A stretch of 64,000 nt of DNA from Octopus vulgaris (GCA_951406725.2 OX597821.1:77500001-77564000), one strand, 5' to 3'. Counted from the first letter of the stretch, positions 13,046-26,756 are shown. Numbers and translations are program-made. Notes: generated from the letters alone by a model not told the origin.

Positions 13046-15163
13046 CATATATATATATATATACATACAAGCATGCATACTTACACACATACTTCCTGCC
13101 AATCCAAACAAACTTTCTGCCTGTCTTCTTCACGTTGGGGTGGGTTTAATTGTCGCTTTTCTGCAGGAATTAGCACACTACAAGACGTTTTCACGCGAAA
13201 GGTTAAGAATTCCTACCGTTGTAAAGATGTTACACCAAGTCCTTAAAATATCACCGATTAAATTCCCACTTGCTTCTCCAGAACGGTTTTCAAAGAACTC
13301 ACGCCAAAGCTAGGGAGTTCCAAACTTCCTATTTAGCAGCAGAATGTTATTCGATGCCACAAAAGACGCGCGGGCACATTAAACACACAGCTTGGCTGTG
13401 TGGTAAGAAGTCTGCTTACCAACCGCATGGTTCTAGGTTCGGTCTCACAGCGCAGCACCTTGGGTAAGTGTCTTCTACTATAGCCTCGGACCGACCAAAA
13501 CCTTGTGAATGGATTTGGTAGACGAAAACAGAGAGAAACCCGTTGTATGTACGTGTCTTTGTATCTGTTTGTCCCCCACTACCTCTTGACATCGGTGTTG
13601 GTGTGTTTACGTCCCTATAACTTAGCGTTTTAGCCAAAGAGACCGATAGAATAAGTATTGGGGTTGATTCTACAAAAAATTCAAGGTGATGCCCCAGCAT
13701 GGCCGTAGTCTAATGACTGAAACAAGTAAAAGCTAAAAGATATATAATTCTTTTTCCTAGTTGTTTCAGTGACTGAACTGGCCAATCGGAGGGACCGCCT
13801 AGGAGGGTTTTGTCGAACAAATCGACCTTAGTCTGTTTTTCTTTTTTGTTTCTCTTTTACATCTGGTACTTGTTCTATCAAGCTCTCTTGCCAAGTTACG
13901 GGGCCATAAACAAATCAGCACCGGTTGCCGAGCGGTGGTGGAGAATAAATACACACACATACACATAAAAGACATACACATTTTGAAACCCAGTGAAAAG
14001 AAATGACACTCCATTCTCAAGTTACTTCTGGGATTTGAAAAACTAAAAATACAGAATATCACCAAAAATGGAATATTTTACCTAAGGTGCACTCTTATTC
14101 TGAAATCTACAATCTCGGTAACCCCTAAATAGCCTAAAACAGCGATCCTCCGCTTTTTTGCATCATGGGCAGGTTTCATGCAAAACAATTTTTCCACAAA
14201 CCGGGGGATGACAGGCAAAACAAAACAACAAAGCGCATAATGTGTAATTTAATTATTACATATATAATATATATATAAGTAAATTTCCAAAAATGGTTAA
14301 GAGTGATATGTAATCGTAGCGGGTACCGTGCTCGCTCCTATCGGTTAACAATGCTGGCTAACCTCAGCGGATGTGGATGAACTCCAGTTAGTTACATTTA
14401 CTGATGAAGCAGCACCGGTAATTTACACCAAGATGCACAATTTGTAGTGTGCATCGATTTGCAGCGGAAACACGTGTAGGTCCTGACAAAAAAAAAGGTG
14501 TAATTAACTATATAATAAAACCTGGATGTGTAAATCTCTGTTCTCCTGATATTTATTATATATATATATATACTGTTGTGTCTGGGGCGAGTCATTTTCT
14601 TTTTGTGTCTTACAATGTAACACACTCACCGGTAAAATGTCCACTTTATTTTTTTTTCCTAAAATGTTCGTTGCGTCTTGCAACCTTTTCAATAGTTTTG
14701 ACTTTGTCCGTTATTTACACTGCGCTCCCTTTTGTTTGTTTTGCGCATGTGTGTGGGTCTGTGTGTGTGTGCCTATACATGCATGCATGTATGTATGTAT
14801 GTGTGTGTTTGAATGTATATGTATGTATATATGTGTGTGTATGCATATGTATATATATGTATGTGTGTGCATCTGTATGTACGTATCCTGCATATTTATG
14901 TGCTTGCATGTCCGTGTTTGTGTATTTTCTATGTATGTGTGTGTGAGCATGTGTTTGTATATGTATGCACCTCTGTCTCCTTGTGTGTGCATGTCTATGT
15001 GTGTGTGTTATGCAACTTTGTACCATGTTTGTATGTATGGATGTGCATCTTTATATGTGTGGAGCCGTGTCTCCATATGTGTCTGTTCTTATAGCCTATG
15101 TACCTATCATAACTCAACAAATATTTTGGTGTAATTTCGTCAGGTATATATAAAACACTTTAA

Positions 15164-15379
15164 CCCATTAAATCCCACTGTCCTATAAATAGGACACTAG
15201 ATGAGAACATTAAATAAATTATATCACATTGTCTCAGTGTCCTATTTATAGGACACCGAGTATTTCCATTTCTAAAGGAGTTTTAATAATAATTTTTTTT
15301 TCATTTTAACCTATTTTCAATCATCTGTAAAAATTTAAAAGTAATATTCAGAAATTTATGTACTCTGGGACTTAATGGG
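15164..15379. mobile_element. piggyBac-type MITE
   Basis: TTAA|CCCATTAAATCCCA ... TGGGACTTAATGGG|TTAA, with subterminal palindromes GTCCTATAAATAGGAC and GTCCTATTTATAGGAC. Confidence 0.8.
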
Positions 15380-15885
15380 TTAAACCTTACAAACACTACA
15401 AATCTATAACTTTATCCCATTGATGGCTTCGCATCCTTCTGCTTTTGTCCTACTTCGTATTATCAAATTGAACCATCATGAACCATAGATTCAAGTTCTA
15501 TGCTTGTCTCCCCTCCCATAATTTTGTTTAAAAATATCTGGACTGTATTTTAAAGTTTTTTTTTTTTTTTTTCAAACTTATAATTTTTGACACGAGACAG
15601 ATTTTGACACCAGATCCTGAAACAAGATAGATAGAGCTTGACATCAGATTCCGAAACCAGATAGTTATTCTCATAACCAACTTGTATCTATAGCTATAGT
15701 CATTCACACTCGATGTGTGTGTATTTATACAAGCGCAGGCGTGGCTGTGTGGTAAAAAGTTGGCTTCCCAACAACATGATTCCGGGTTCAGTCCCACTGC
15801 GTGGCACCTTGGGTAAGTTTCATCTATAGCTTAAAACTGACCAAAGCCCTGTGAGTGGATGTGGTAGACAGAAACTGAAAGAAGC

Positions 15886-15942
<57 letters not shown>

Positions 15943-16499
15943 GCTGTGCAGTAAGAAGCATGATTCCTAACCATATGGTTCTGAGTTCAGTTCCACTGCG
16001 TGGTACCTTGAGCAAGTGTCATTTACTATCGCTTCAATCAATCAAAGCCTTGGGAGTGGATTTGGTAGGCGGAAACTAAAAGAAGCCCGTCATATGTGTG
16101 TGCATTCTCCACCACCGCTTGACAGCCAGCATTGAATTGTTCACGTCCCCGTAACTTAGCGGTTCGACAAAAGAAACCAACAGAATAAGTACCAGGCTTA
16201 AAAATGAAAATAAGTAGTGGGGTCGATTTCACGGCGGTGCTGCAGCATGGCCGCAGTCTAATGACTGAAACAAGTAAAAGATAAAAGCTATATATATTAT
16301 ACATGCGCACATGCATAAATATACACACGCACATGAAAGTTACAGATTATTATACAAGTGTATATAGCTACACACAATTTGCAATTAAACATAAGAAGAA
16401 ATGTACTCAATACCGACACAGAATGTTGTTACTCCGAGTTTTTGTTATTCTTCATTGATCCTACAACTAAAGGCTGTATTATGACACAGTTCTTCTTTC

Positions 16500-16830
16500 T
16501 CCAGTCCACATTACTCTGTAAAGGGCATAGACCCGAGGCTATGTCATGCCAGTATATGCAGGCATGAGATAGCCTTCTTGATTTCAGACCAAGAGATACT
16601 AATTGCTTTCGCTTCATCTTCTATGCACCCTTCTCAAGTCTTCTTAGGTCGTCCAGCTTAACCTCTTTCCTTCAGGTTGCCAATCGAACACTTGTCGTGC
16701 AATGTTGCTTGGAGGTCTCCTTTGAGTGTCATTGATCCAACCCCATTTCCGTTTCAGCGTTTCTTGGTTGATGGAAGTTTGGTTCATTCTCTCTCACAGA
16801 CTACTGCTTGAAAGTTTGTTATAAATATTT
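16500..16830 (-). mobile_element. RTE-clade LINE 3' ORF remnant
   Basis: The minus strand encodes KRKWGWI...RRPPSNIARQVFDWQPEGKR...GRPKKT. More decayed RT-like sequence continues at about 17440-18000, beyond a SINE. Confidence 0.65.
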
Positions 16831-16956
16831 TGGATTTGGGCTTCAGCTACGACAGGACAAACCAGAACATGTAAAGAGGCACGGGCAAGCTTTTTCGTTA
16901 AACATGACTCGTCATCAAGTGGGCTGCACTACTTAAAAAGAAATTCAGATTTTTAA

Positions 16957-17432
16957 GGCGGCGAGCTGGCAAAAACGTTAGCACGCCGGGCGAAACGCGT
17001 AGCCGTATTTCGTCTGCCGTTAAGTTCCGAGTTCAAATTCCGCCGAGGTCGACTTTGCCTTTCATCCTTTCGGGGTCGATCAATTAAGTACCAGTTACGC
17101 ACTGGGGTCGATATAATCGACTTAATCCGTTTATCTGTCCTTGTTTGTCCTCTCTGTGTTTAGTCCCTTGTGGGTAGTAAAGAAATAGGTATTTCGTAAA
17201 GGCGGCGAGCTGGCAGAATCGTTAGCACGCCGGATGAAGTGCATAGCGGTATTTCGTCTGCCACTACGTTCTGAGTTCAAATTCCGCCGAGGTCGACTTT
17301 GCCTTTCATCCTTTCGGGGTCGATAAATTAAGGACCAGTCTCGCACTGGGGTCGATGTAATCGACTTAATCCGTTTGTCTGTTCTTGTGTGTCCCCTCTA
17401 TGTTTAGCCCCTTGTGGGCAATAAAGAAATAA
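16957..17432 (+). mobile_element. SINE family B head-to-tail dimer (young, CpG-intact)
   Basis: Two copies of GGCGGCGAGCTGGCA...GAGTTCAAATTCCGCCGAGGTCGACTTTGCC...CCCTTGTGGG.A.TAAAGAAATA. Confidence 0.9.
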
Positions 17433-18139
17433 GAAATTCAGATTTTTCGTTAGGTGTGCCGTTCATTAAGTTCTGCGGGCTGCATTTTGCCCGTGACTGA
17501 TCTAATATCTGAAACAATGTAGGATGAAATATTTTCCACGCAGAGATACAATGTAACATTGCCAGTGGATTTGAGACCACGGACCATGATGAACGTACAA
17601 ATTTATCTTCACTAGAATATTTGTCTTCTACACACACACATACACACACGATCTAACAATGTATCTTCGTTGTACCTTTCCTGTAAATATTTCTGTGACC
17701 ATTTCTCTGAAGAACTTTCTGGTTCGGTAACCCCTCTCAAGACATTTAAACAGCGCATCCGCTTTTCTTCCTTAGCATATCATTTCTCTTTTCGTCAGAA
17801 GTTCTTTTATTCCACAAGCTTTATATTCCTCAAACCGGTGTTCTCTGAACTCACCACCATCGTCTTGTTTTCCTCTGGTTTACGATATTCGGTTTTTTAA
17901 GCTTTCTTTCTGTCAGTCAACATCTTCTGAACTTGGAGGCCCATTCTTCTTTGTTTGTGTAGTCCCTTGCGCTACAATGGCTTGAAGTCTTGTTTGGGAC
18001 AACATCGTATGAAAGGTAAACAAAAAGGTACTTCTACGTGGTTAAATATAGCTGCCAAATCTCACTCAGATCACTCTTTCTCGTCATTTCATGTCCGCTT
18101 TCCATGCTAAGTAAAGTGTGTAGAGTGTGGTCGTCTCAA

Positions 18140-18485
18140 AAAGCAGATTGGGTTTCAGCTGCGCAGGATCTCCTTGATTGTGTCGAAGACGAAAACGGAC
18201 ATAACAGGTGACGAATTGTGAGTCTATGGCTTTGACCCCGAAACCAAGGCTTGAAAGGAATCCCACTTGCAAGGAACAAGATTTCAAGACGTCGAGAATG
18301 AGAGGGGGCAGCTGCTCGCTTTCCCCTGAAAAAGGGTTCCAGGAATGCTTCCATCAGCGGAAACGACGCTGCGTACAAGTGTACGGCTGCAGAAGGGGAC
18401 AACTTCGAAGGAGATTAACATGGCAAAGTGATATGTGCTGTTCCTTTTATAGCACCAGTTCCGATTTCTTTTTGATTAGACTGTT
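18140..18485 (+). mobile_element. Internally deleted mariner transposase remnant
   Basis: Across frameshifts it reads SAAQDLLDCVED..ITGDE..VYGFDPETK / SHLQGTRFQDVE / FQECFHQ.KRR..KC.AAEGDNFEGD*, the typical mariner TGDE motif and C-terminus. Confidence 0.75.
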
Positions 18486-19050
18486 TTCTCTCATCCTTTC
18501 TCTAATCCCCTTTTTTCCTCCCCTTCACCCTTTTCTATGTCTCTCCCTCCCTCTTCCTCCGTTTCTCTCTCTCTCTCTCGTTGTTCATACGTGACCATCG
18601 TCCATCTTTCTCTTCCTCATGTGATCATCTCTTTTCTTTCAGGACTGTCTTAAGGACAGCACATATCCTATCTCCCTCTTCTATCTTTTCTCTTTTCAAA
18701 GGAAATATTTCTCCCGCGTTCGCTATTTTACCCTCGTTCTGTTCTAACGACCCTCCATGTTTGTTTTCGTTCGGTTTCCTTGTATATCTCCACTGCCTTG
18801 CTTTTGTTCCCAACTTTGACCCTCCATAAAATCCAAATTTAATTTTAGTACTTATGGGAGCAACTATCTTCGAAGACTCATATTGTCGTTCAATGCTCGA
18901 AATGATGAGTAGATAGACAGCCGACACCTGATGAAGGATCGTTCTTTACGTTACTTGTCCTGTTTTCCATTTGTTTCTCTGGTTGTTTGCGTATTGAATT
19001 CATTTGCTTTCTTATTTCATCTTGTTTACTGTTGATGACGTCCTGTAACC

Positions 19051-19109
<59 letters not shown>

Positions 19110-19142
19110 ATGTATGTATGTATGTATGTATGCATGCATGTA

Positions 19143-19184
<42 letters not shown>

Positions 19185-19244
19185 TATATAATATAATGTA
19201 ATGCAATATAACAATATATGTGACAATTATTCGGTTGCCATAAT

Positions 19245-19910
19245 AAGATTCTTTGTCGAAACTGTGTCCTTAGTGGTTGTAGAGTCCAAGGTGGCTTTAT
19301 AAATGATGGTCTTGGACATGTAAACTCCATTTGGCAAGCACAAATTTTTATCCCTGCATGAACAGCTGGTTTCATTTTGTTGTTTTTGTGTGTTGCGTGC
19401 AATTATATTTTTTAAATTAGTAGTTGAGCTAAAACTGATTGTTAAGTTGTGTCTATTGAAGAGCTTTCTGTAACTATGATTGACTGGAAAATGTCTATCA
19501 GTGCTAAGAAATACTTGCCTATATTAAAGGTCACCTTGGGTGAGTAGGGAGGTGTGAACCAGATGGTTTTCCTATTCCTATGTTTTCTTTTCTTTATTAT
19601 TGGACTGGTGGCAGGTGTATAGGTTATTTCCTCGCTAAATCCACTATCTTTTAGAGCCTTATTATATACTGGGGCAACGCTATTAAAAATCTCCCTATTG
19701 GAGGAGAGGCTAGAAATTCTTTTGCTAATGTTTTTAACTAAATTTTTAAACACTATGGGGGGATGGCAGGAACCCACATTAATATAACTAAGTTTATTGT
19801 TGGGCTCGCAATAAGGTTTATAAATATTCTTTAGAACTAAGGATACATCAAGGAAATTGACAACCATCAGGTTGGTGCCTGTAATTATGCTAAGACGGAA
19901 AGTTTTCATC
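19245..19910 (-). mobile_element. Penelope-like element fragment (RT thumb, linker, start of GIY-YIG)
   Basis: VVNFLDVSL...YKPYCEPNNKLSYINVGSCHPP.VFKNLVKNISKRISSLSSNREIF...RNRKTIWFTPPYS.KV..NIGKYFL, followed by CSCRDKNLC...KTIIYKATL. Confidence 0.85.
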
Positions 19911-19979
19911 ATTTGGATGTGCGCGTATGGGTATGTGCATGTATGAGTGTGTGCATGCATGCGTGTGGATATGTATATG

Positions 19980-20388
19980 CGATCGTTACCAGCGTCGCCT
20001 TACTGGCACTTGTACCCATGCTTGTAGGGTGCCAAGAGCACCATCCGAGTGTGATCGTTGCCAGAGAAGCCAAGTGGCTTCCGTGCCAGTGGCACGTAAA
20101 AGGGCACCATTCAAGCGTGATCGTTTCCAACGGCACCTGTGCTGGTGGCATGTGTAAAAAAATTCGAGCGAGGTCATTGCCAGTACCGCCTGACTGGCCC
20201 CCGTGCCAGTGGCACGTAAAAAGCACCCACTACACTCTCGGAGTGGTTGGCGTTAGGAAGGGCATCCAGCAGTAGAAATTCTGCCAAATCAAGATTGGAG
20301 CCTGGTGCAGCCATCTGGTTCGCCAGCCTTCAGTTAAAATCGTCCAAGCCATGCTAGCATGGAAAGCGGACGTTAAACGATGATGATG
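19980..20388 (+). mobile_element. Repeat family C: 3' UTR of the RTE LINE with internal tandem units and a (GAT)n tail
   Basis: GTGGCACGTAAAAAGCACC units, GGCGTTAGGAAGGGCATCCAGC, and end GGACGTTAAACGATGATGATG. Copies also at about 27735, 36220, 48515, 50930, 58470, 60880, 62780 and 63465. Confidence 0.85.
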
Positions 20389-21002
20389 TACATGCATGGT
20401 TGCATATGTGCATCTATTGGCGTGTATGTGGGTGCGCATGTATGTGTTTCAAAGACAATGTTCAAAATTAACAACACAAGGGACTCGGCAGATTTGTCCC
20501 TAGAATAAACTGATTCAAGTACTTTCATGGCATTCTAAGCATTTGTAGAGAGGACTGCAAAAAGAGAGCGTTAACGAATGGGATTAAATCACTGAAAATG
20601 TCTTAATTAGTAACTGTAAAAGAAGGAATAACAGAAACATGTAAAGTCTGGGTAAAAAATATAAAACAATGAATCACGAGGCATAAAAGTAAACACAAAA
20701 AACAATTGCAACAAATGGGAATGTTTGAAATGTTTAATATCAGAAATGTTAACACCTCACAAAGCAGCCTGTGCTCCAGAATGGTCGTATGCACCTGTCA
20801 GTTGTCATCAGTGACCTTCATTTACTGCGATCACTTAACGCCGATATAGTGAAAAGGGATACAATCAATTACAAATAGAACCAACTCTCAATTTTGACGG
20901 GGCAAATTCAGAGCAAGGCCAGGGGCAGATAAGTGATATGGGCCAGAGCCAAATAAGGAATTTAAAAAATTTTCTTTTTTTTTTAAAAAAGTCAAAGGAT
21001 TA

Positions 21003-21188
21003 TTGTATTTCATGGGATATAAGACGCACATTTTTACAAAAACAAGAAAGTCTCTAAACGATCACCCCAGGTCCTGTATGCAAAGTTGGGCTTATATTAC
21101 ATACTAAATGCACTAAAAGAATATAGGTGCTGTTGAAATAGGGGTGCATCTAATGTGCCTGTGCGTCTTTTATGCCAATCAAATACAA
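21003..21188. mobile_element. pogo/Tc2-like MITE
   Basis: TA|TTGTATTTCATGGGATATAAGACGCAC ... GTGCGTCTTTTATGCCAATCAAATACAA|TA. Confidence 0.6.
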
Positions 21189-21630
21189 TAATTGTTTTGC
21201 ATATTTATGCTCTGTGTGAGTGAGATCTTTGTCCAGATGTAACAAAGTTTCAAAATAACTCGCACATTTACAACCAAGAGATTTCTGTATCACTGCAGCA
21301 CACACCGGCCGCAGCATAGACATTTGCCCATTATTCAAATATTCTCAGTCACTAAAATAGTTGTAAATCCTGTATAAAGCTTTTTAACAAACTTTTGTTT
21401 TATGATTTGCCCCGTAATTCAATATGGAAGTCCAAAACAAAACGTTAACCGATTGTAGCATTGGAAATGACTAGTACGAGAAGTGTGGGGGTGAAAATGG
21501 CTGATATATAAAAAAAAAAAATTAAGGGTGATGGTGAAAGCAAAGGGTGGTCATTTTGAATTGTGAATATAGGGAAAATCATTCTCATCATTTAACGTCT
21601 GTTCTCCATGTTGGCATGACGTGGACAGTT

Positions 21631-21850
21631 GTTGTAAAGCTGAAAACGAGGTAATCTCTACTCTACTCTTCTCCTCTGGAAGCCATCTACTCGCGATACC
21701 AGAGGGCACACACTCTCCTACCCTGATGTAATCTCCAGGGATACAGGCATCAAGCAACAGGACCTCCGTAATGCTATGATGGACCGTGAAGTCTGGCGTA
21801 ACATAGTAAATTCCATTGTCTTGACCACGGTCAAACAATGATGATGATGA
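21631..21850 (+). mobile_element. 5'-truncated RTE-like LINE end inserted into a family C repeat
   Basis: Reads TLSYPDVISRDTGIKQQDLRNAMMDREVWRNIVNSI, followed by a (TGA)n tail. TSD TGGACAGTT at 21622-21630 and 21851-21859. Confidence 0.75.
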
Positions 21851-22514
21851 TGGACAGTTTGACAATTGCCGGCAGACGGGAGACCCGCACCAGGTGCCAA
21901 GTGTCTGTTTTGGCAAGGCTTCTACAGCTGGATGCCCTTCCTAATGCCAACCACTTGACAGAGTGCTCCACTAGTTGCTTTTTACGCAGCACCTGTACAG
22001 GTGCTTCTTAACAGCCAACCTGTAAACTTTCATTAACTGAAAATCAAAGACATTTTATTTTATGATGAAGTGAATAATGGGTAAATATATATGTCACCAG
22101 ACGGTATATCAAAATGTGTGTGTGTGCGTATGTGTTTTGAGAATCAAGACATATATTTGTGCATGTGCGTATATGTATGTTCAAACATGTACATGCATAC
22201 ACATACATTCATACACACACATATACGTATCGAAATTACGTGTGTATGTGCTTATGTCCATATGAGTATTCACATTGTATCGCATTCACAGATGTACATT
22301 CGTCTGAGTGTCTCTACGTGTTCCAGTCTGCCTTCATGTGCATCTTTATCCGTGTGAATTTGCATATATACATGTGTGTATGTGTGTGTGTGTGTGTACA
22401 CATTTGTGAGAGTATGTGTGTATGTGAGAGAGATTATTAAATAAAGCTGACAGAAACCGTTGCCTGTAGTTCCAGTTAATAATAATAATAATACCAGTAA
22501 CAATCAATAATTAG

Positions 22515-22732
22515 CTTTTCAAATTTTTGACACAAGGCCAGCAAGTTCATGGGAGGGGGTAAGCCAATTACATCAACCCCCAAGGCTCAAATGGTCCTTA
22601 TTTCATCGACCCCCAAAAGGATAAAAGGCAAACTTGGCCTTGGTGGAATTTGAACTAAGAACATAAAGACACACATAATGCTGCTAAGCATTTTTCGCCT
22701 GGCATGCTAACGATTCTGCTAGCTCATTGCCC

Positions 22733-22793
<61 letters not shown>

Positions 22794-23005
22794 CCTTTCT
22801 ACTACAGGCACAAGGCCTGAAATTTTAGGGGAGAAGGAGAGTCGATCTCACTGACCCCAGTACTTGACTGGTATTTAATTTATTGACCCCGAAAGGATGA
22901 AAGATAAAATCGACCTTGGTGGAATTTGAATCAGAACGTAAGGACAGACAAAATGCCACCAAGCATTTCGGCCAGCATACTAACGATTCTGCCAGCTCAC
23001 CACCC

Positions 23006-23056
<51 letters not shown>

Positions 23057-24210
23057 TGATGACGATGATGATGATAATGATAATAATCCTTTCTATTATA
23101 GGCACAAGGCCAGGATTTTCTGGGGAGGGGAACAATCGATCACATCGATCCCCAGTAGTCAACTGGTACTTAATTTATCAACCTCGAAAGGATGAAGAGG
23201 AAAGTCGACCTCAGCGGAATTTGAACTCAAAATGTAGCAGCAGACGAAATACATAATAATCCTTTCTATTAAAGGCACAAGGCCTGAAATTCTGGGGGAG
23301 GGAATGTGTTTAATGACATTGATCCCAGTGTTTCACTGGTACTTAATTTATCGACCCTCAAAGGCTGAAAGGCAAAGTCAACCTCAGCAGAATTTGAACT
23401 CAGAACATAGCCGCAGATGAAATACCGCTCAGCATCTTGTGTAGCGTGCTAACGATTCTGCCAGCTCGCCGCCTTAATAATGATAATAATAACAATAGAA
23501 ATAGAAATTATAATAATAATTATCCTTTCTACTATAGGCACAAGACCTGAAATTTGAGGGAAGCGGGGGGACAGTCATTTACATCGACCCCGGTGCTTGA
23601 CTGGTATTTAATTTATCGACCCTGAAAGGATGAAAGATGAAGTCAACCCGGGCAGAATTTAAACTCAGAATGTAAAAACAGATGAAATACCGCTAAGCAT
23701 TTTGCCCGGCGTGCTAACGTTTCTTCCAGCTCGCCGCCTTGATAATAATAATAATAATAATAATAATTATTATTATTATTATTATTATTATTATTGTTAT
23801 CATTATTATCATTATTATTATTATTTCAAATTTTTGCCACAAGGGCAGCTTGGGGGAGGTGGGGATGAGTCAATTAGTACTTATTTTAATGACCCCGAAA
23901 GGATGTAAGGCAAAGTCGACCTCAGTGGGATTTGAACTCAAAACATAGCAACGGGCGAAATGCTGCAAAGCATCTTGGCCAGCATGCTAATGATTCTGCC
24001 AGCTCACTACCTTCAATAATAATAATAATAATAATAATAAATTACAATAATTTTTAACATAAGCATAAGACCACATATTTTTAAGAATATGGTGCTGTTG
24101 GTTATATTAGTTGCTGTACTTGATTGCAATTTGAACTCAGAACAAGAAGAGACGTAAGTAAATTGCAAGGCATTTTGTCCAATGCTCTACCGATTCTGCT
24201 ACCCAACATC
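22515..24210 (-). mobile_element. Cluster of about 6 co-oriented family B SINEs separated by (AAT)n tracts
   Basis: Repeated ACAAGGCC...GACCCC.AAAGGATGAAAGGCAAAGTC...GAACTCAGAAC...GATTCTGCCAGCTC units. Confidence 0.85.
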
Positions 24211-24581
24211 CTTTCAGTAATAATCGTAAATGTGTCAAAGCAAAACACACCAGAGTCCAATTAGGAAGGGAATCTTTTAATGAATGATGGGTAGAAAACT
24301 AATACAAGAGAGAGAGAGAGAGAGAGAAGACATAGAGGGGGGGATGGGAAATAGAGGGGGGAGACAAAGACTTGGATGTATTTTGATGAATGTGGGGGTG
24401 GATTAAAGGAATATGAAAGAAATGGGGGGAAGAAGAGGTGGGGGCAGAAGAGGTGAAAGAAATGAGTGAGTTGAGGGGAGGCAGTGCAGTGTTGATGTAA
24501 TGAGAAAGTGAGGAGAGAAGGGCCAGAGTTAAAATTGAGAAAGGATGGTGAGAAAGTCGTAAAAGAAAAGAAGCAACTTGT

Positions 24582-24619
<38 letters not shown>

Positions 24620-25014
24620 TACATAAATATATAAAGAAAAAATAAAGACAATGGTGAAGGAGGGAGGAAGAGGAGGAAGATGAAGAAAAGAGATAAGAGA
24701 GAAGGAAAGAGAAGAAAAAGAAGTGCAAGAAAAAAAAAAATGGTGCAAAGAGGAGAAAGATGATGGGGTGGGGGTGGGGAGTAGAAGAAAAGAAGGAATC
24801 GGAGAGGGAAAGAAAGGAAATGGTAAAAAGATGAAATGAAGAGAAAAAAAAAAGTGGAAGAGATGAGGCTGAAGATAAAGACTGAAAACTTCCAAGTCAG
24901 AACTGAGAAAACGATAAACAGATAATAATTCTCTCTTTCTCACTCTCATTTAAATGTATTATTATTATCATTATTATCATCATTATTATCATTATTATCA
25001 TTATTATATTATTA

Positions 25015-25045
<31 letters not shown>

Positions 25046-25339
25046 TAACAGTTTTCTATGCTGGCAGGGTTGGACATTTTGGCAGGAACTGGCAAGCCAG
25101 AGAGCTGCACCAGGATCCAATTGTCTGTTCTGGCAAGGGTTCTATGGCTGGATGCCCTTCCTAATGCCAACCACTTCACAGTGCACCAGGTGCTTTTTTT
25201 TTATATGGCACCCACATGGCTGCTTTTAAACATTACTATTTTCTCTTTATCTCAGGTTCTGTAGGAACTGCCGGAGTGTCACATGCATAGCAGGCTTGCT
25301 ACCTGCAGCCTACAGTACCATCCTATCCGTTTTTTCAGC

Positions 25340-25745
25340 TATCTAATACTATCCTGTTTATTCTGGCCGAGCCAAGGAAGCAAACCTTTTGTAACAGTTC
25401 TACTGGGCACTCTATTCCAAGTTACTTTATATTCTCTTTGATGCCTTCTGATACTGTTCCCAAGGGCCCAATAATAATTGGCACTATCTTCACCTACTTC
25501 GTTTTCCATAGCAGGGCTATTTCGTATTTAAGAGGGTTGTATTTACCATTTTGCCTTCCTTCTTGAGTATTCGTCAGTCAAAGGGGCATGCAACATCAAC
25601 TATATAACCCATGTGGCGCACCTTGTCCACCACCACAAGGTCCGTTCTGTTATGCTCTAGCACCTGATCTGTTTGGATTGGGAAATCCCAGAGGATTTTG
25701 CTGGTCTCTGACTCCACCACTCTCTGTGGCTTGTGCTCATAATAC
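25340..25745 (-). mobile_element. R4/Dong-like non-LTR retrotransposon RLE (restriction-like endonuclease) remnant
   Basis: The minus strand reads EHKPQRVVESETSKILWDFPIQTDQVLEHNRTDLVVVDK...IVDVACPFD...YEIALLW...IVPIIIGPLGTV. Confidence 0.8.
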
Positions 25746-26439
25746 ATGATGCCTATTTATTATGATTATTATTATTATTATTATTATTATTATCATTATT
25801 ATTAGCCCCTTTTGTTGCCATATTTCTGTTCAAATAAGCTACCTTTGTTCCAATTTTGAAAAGAATGAAGAACTTTGTAAAATCATTTTTCCCATGATTA
25901 AAGTTGAAAATGTAGACAAAAAATTAATAAAAAATTTTGATGAAAAGTTGGGTCCTTTTTTTTTTTTTAATTCAGATCCCTTTAAAACAGGAAGTTTATG
26001 TCACAGAACCAAGAGCAGCCTCAGATGGATTTTGTATCCAAAGAGTTAATCTAGAAGGCAATAAGCTTGTTGACAGAATCGGTAAAGTGTCAGATGAAAT
26101 GTTCGATGTGATGTTTAGTTCCATCCTTTTAGATTCTGCATTCAAATCCTGCTAGAGTCAAAAACTTTGCCCTTCGTCCTTCTCAGCGGAATTAAGCAAG
26201 GAAGAATCAACCTAAACTGACCGGTGTCATTTTAAGTGACCTCTTCCCACAGTTGGCAATTTTTGCTTTTGCCAGAATCCAACATTATTATCAACATCAT
26301 CATCATCATTGTTTTATCCATTGTTGAAAATACCAGTCATGTACTGAGGTCAATAGCTTCAACTAAACCCTCCTATTCAATTTGATGGCCTTGAGCCTAA
26401 ATGAAAAACATTATTATTGTTGTTATTGTTGTTGTTGTT

Positions 26440-26479
<40 letters not shown>

Positions 26480-26709
26480 CAAATGGAGTTGATTAGCAGA
26501 AATAATTTGGATGCCAGAATAATACCTTGCGGTATTTGATCCAGCTCTCTACATTTCTAAGTTCAAACCTTGCTGAGAGCAAATTTGCTTTTCATCCATC
26601 CAGGTACCAGTTGAGTACAGGGGTTGATGTAATCAATCACCCACTCCTCCTGAAGTTGCTGGCCTTGTGCCAAACATTTTAAACAGGCATTATCATTATT
26701 ATTATTATT

Positions 26710-26756
<47 letters not shown>

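Noticed and set aside
18890-18950. CTGATGA motif as a hammerhead
   Set aside because: I found no downstream stem II-GAAA-stem III arrangement, and the permuted topology does not give paired stems either.
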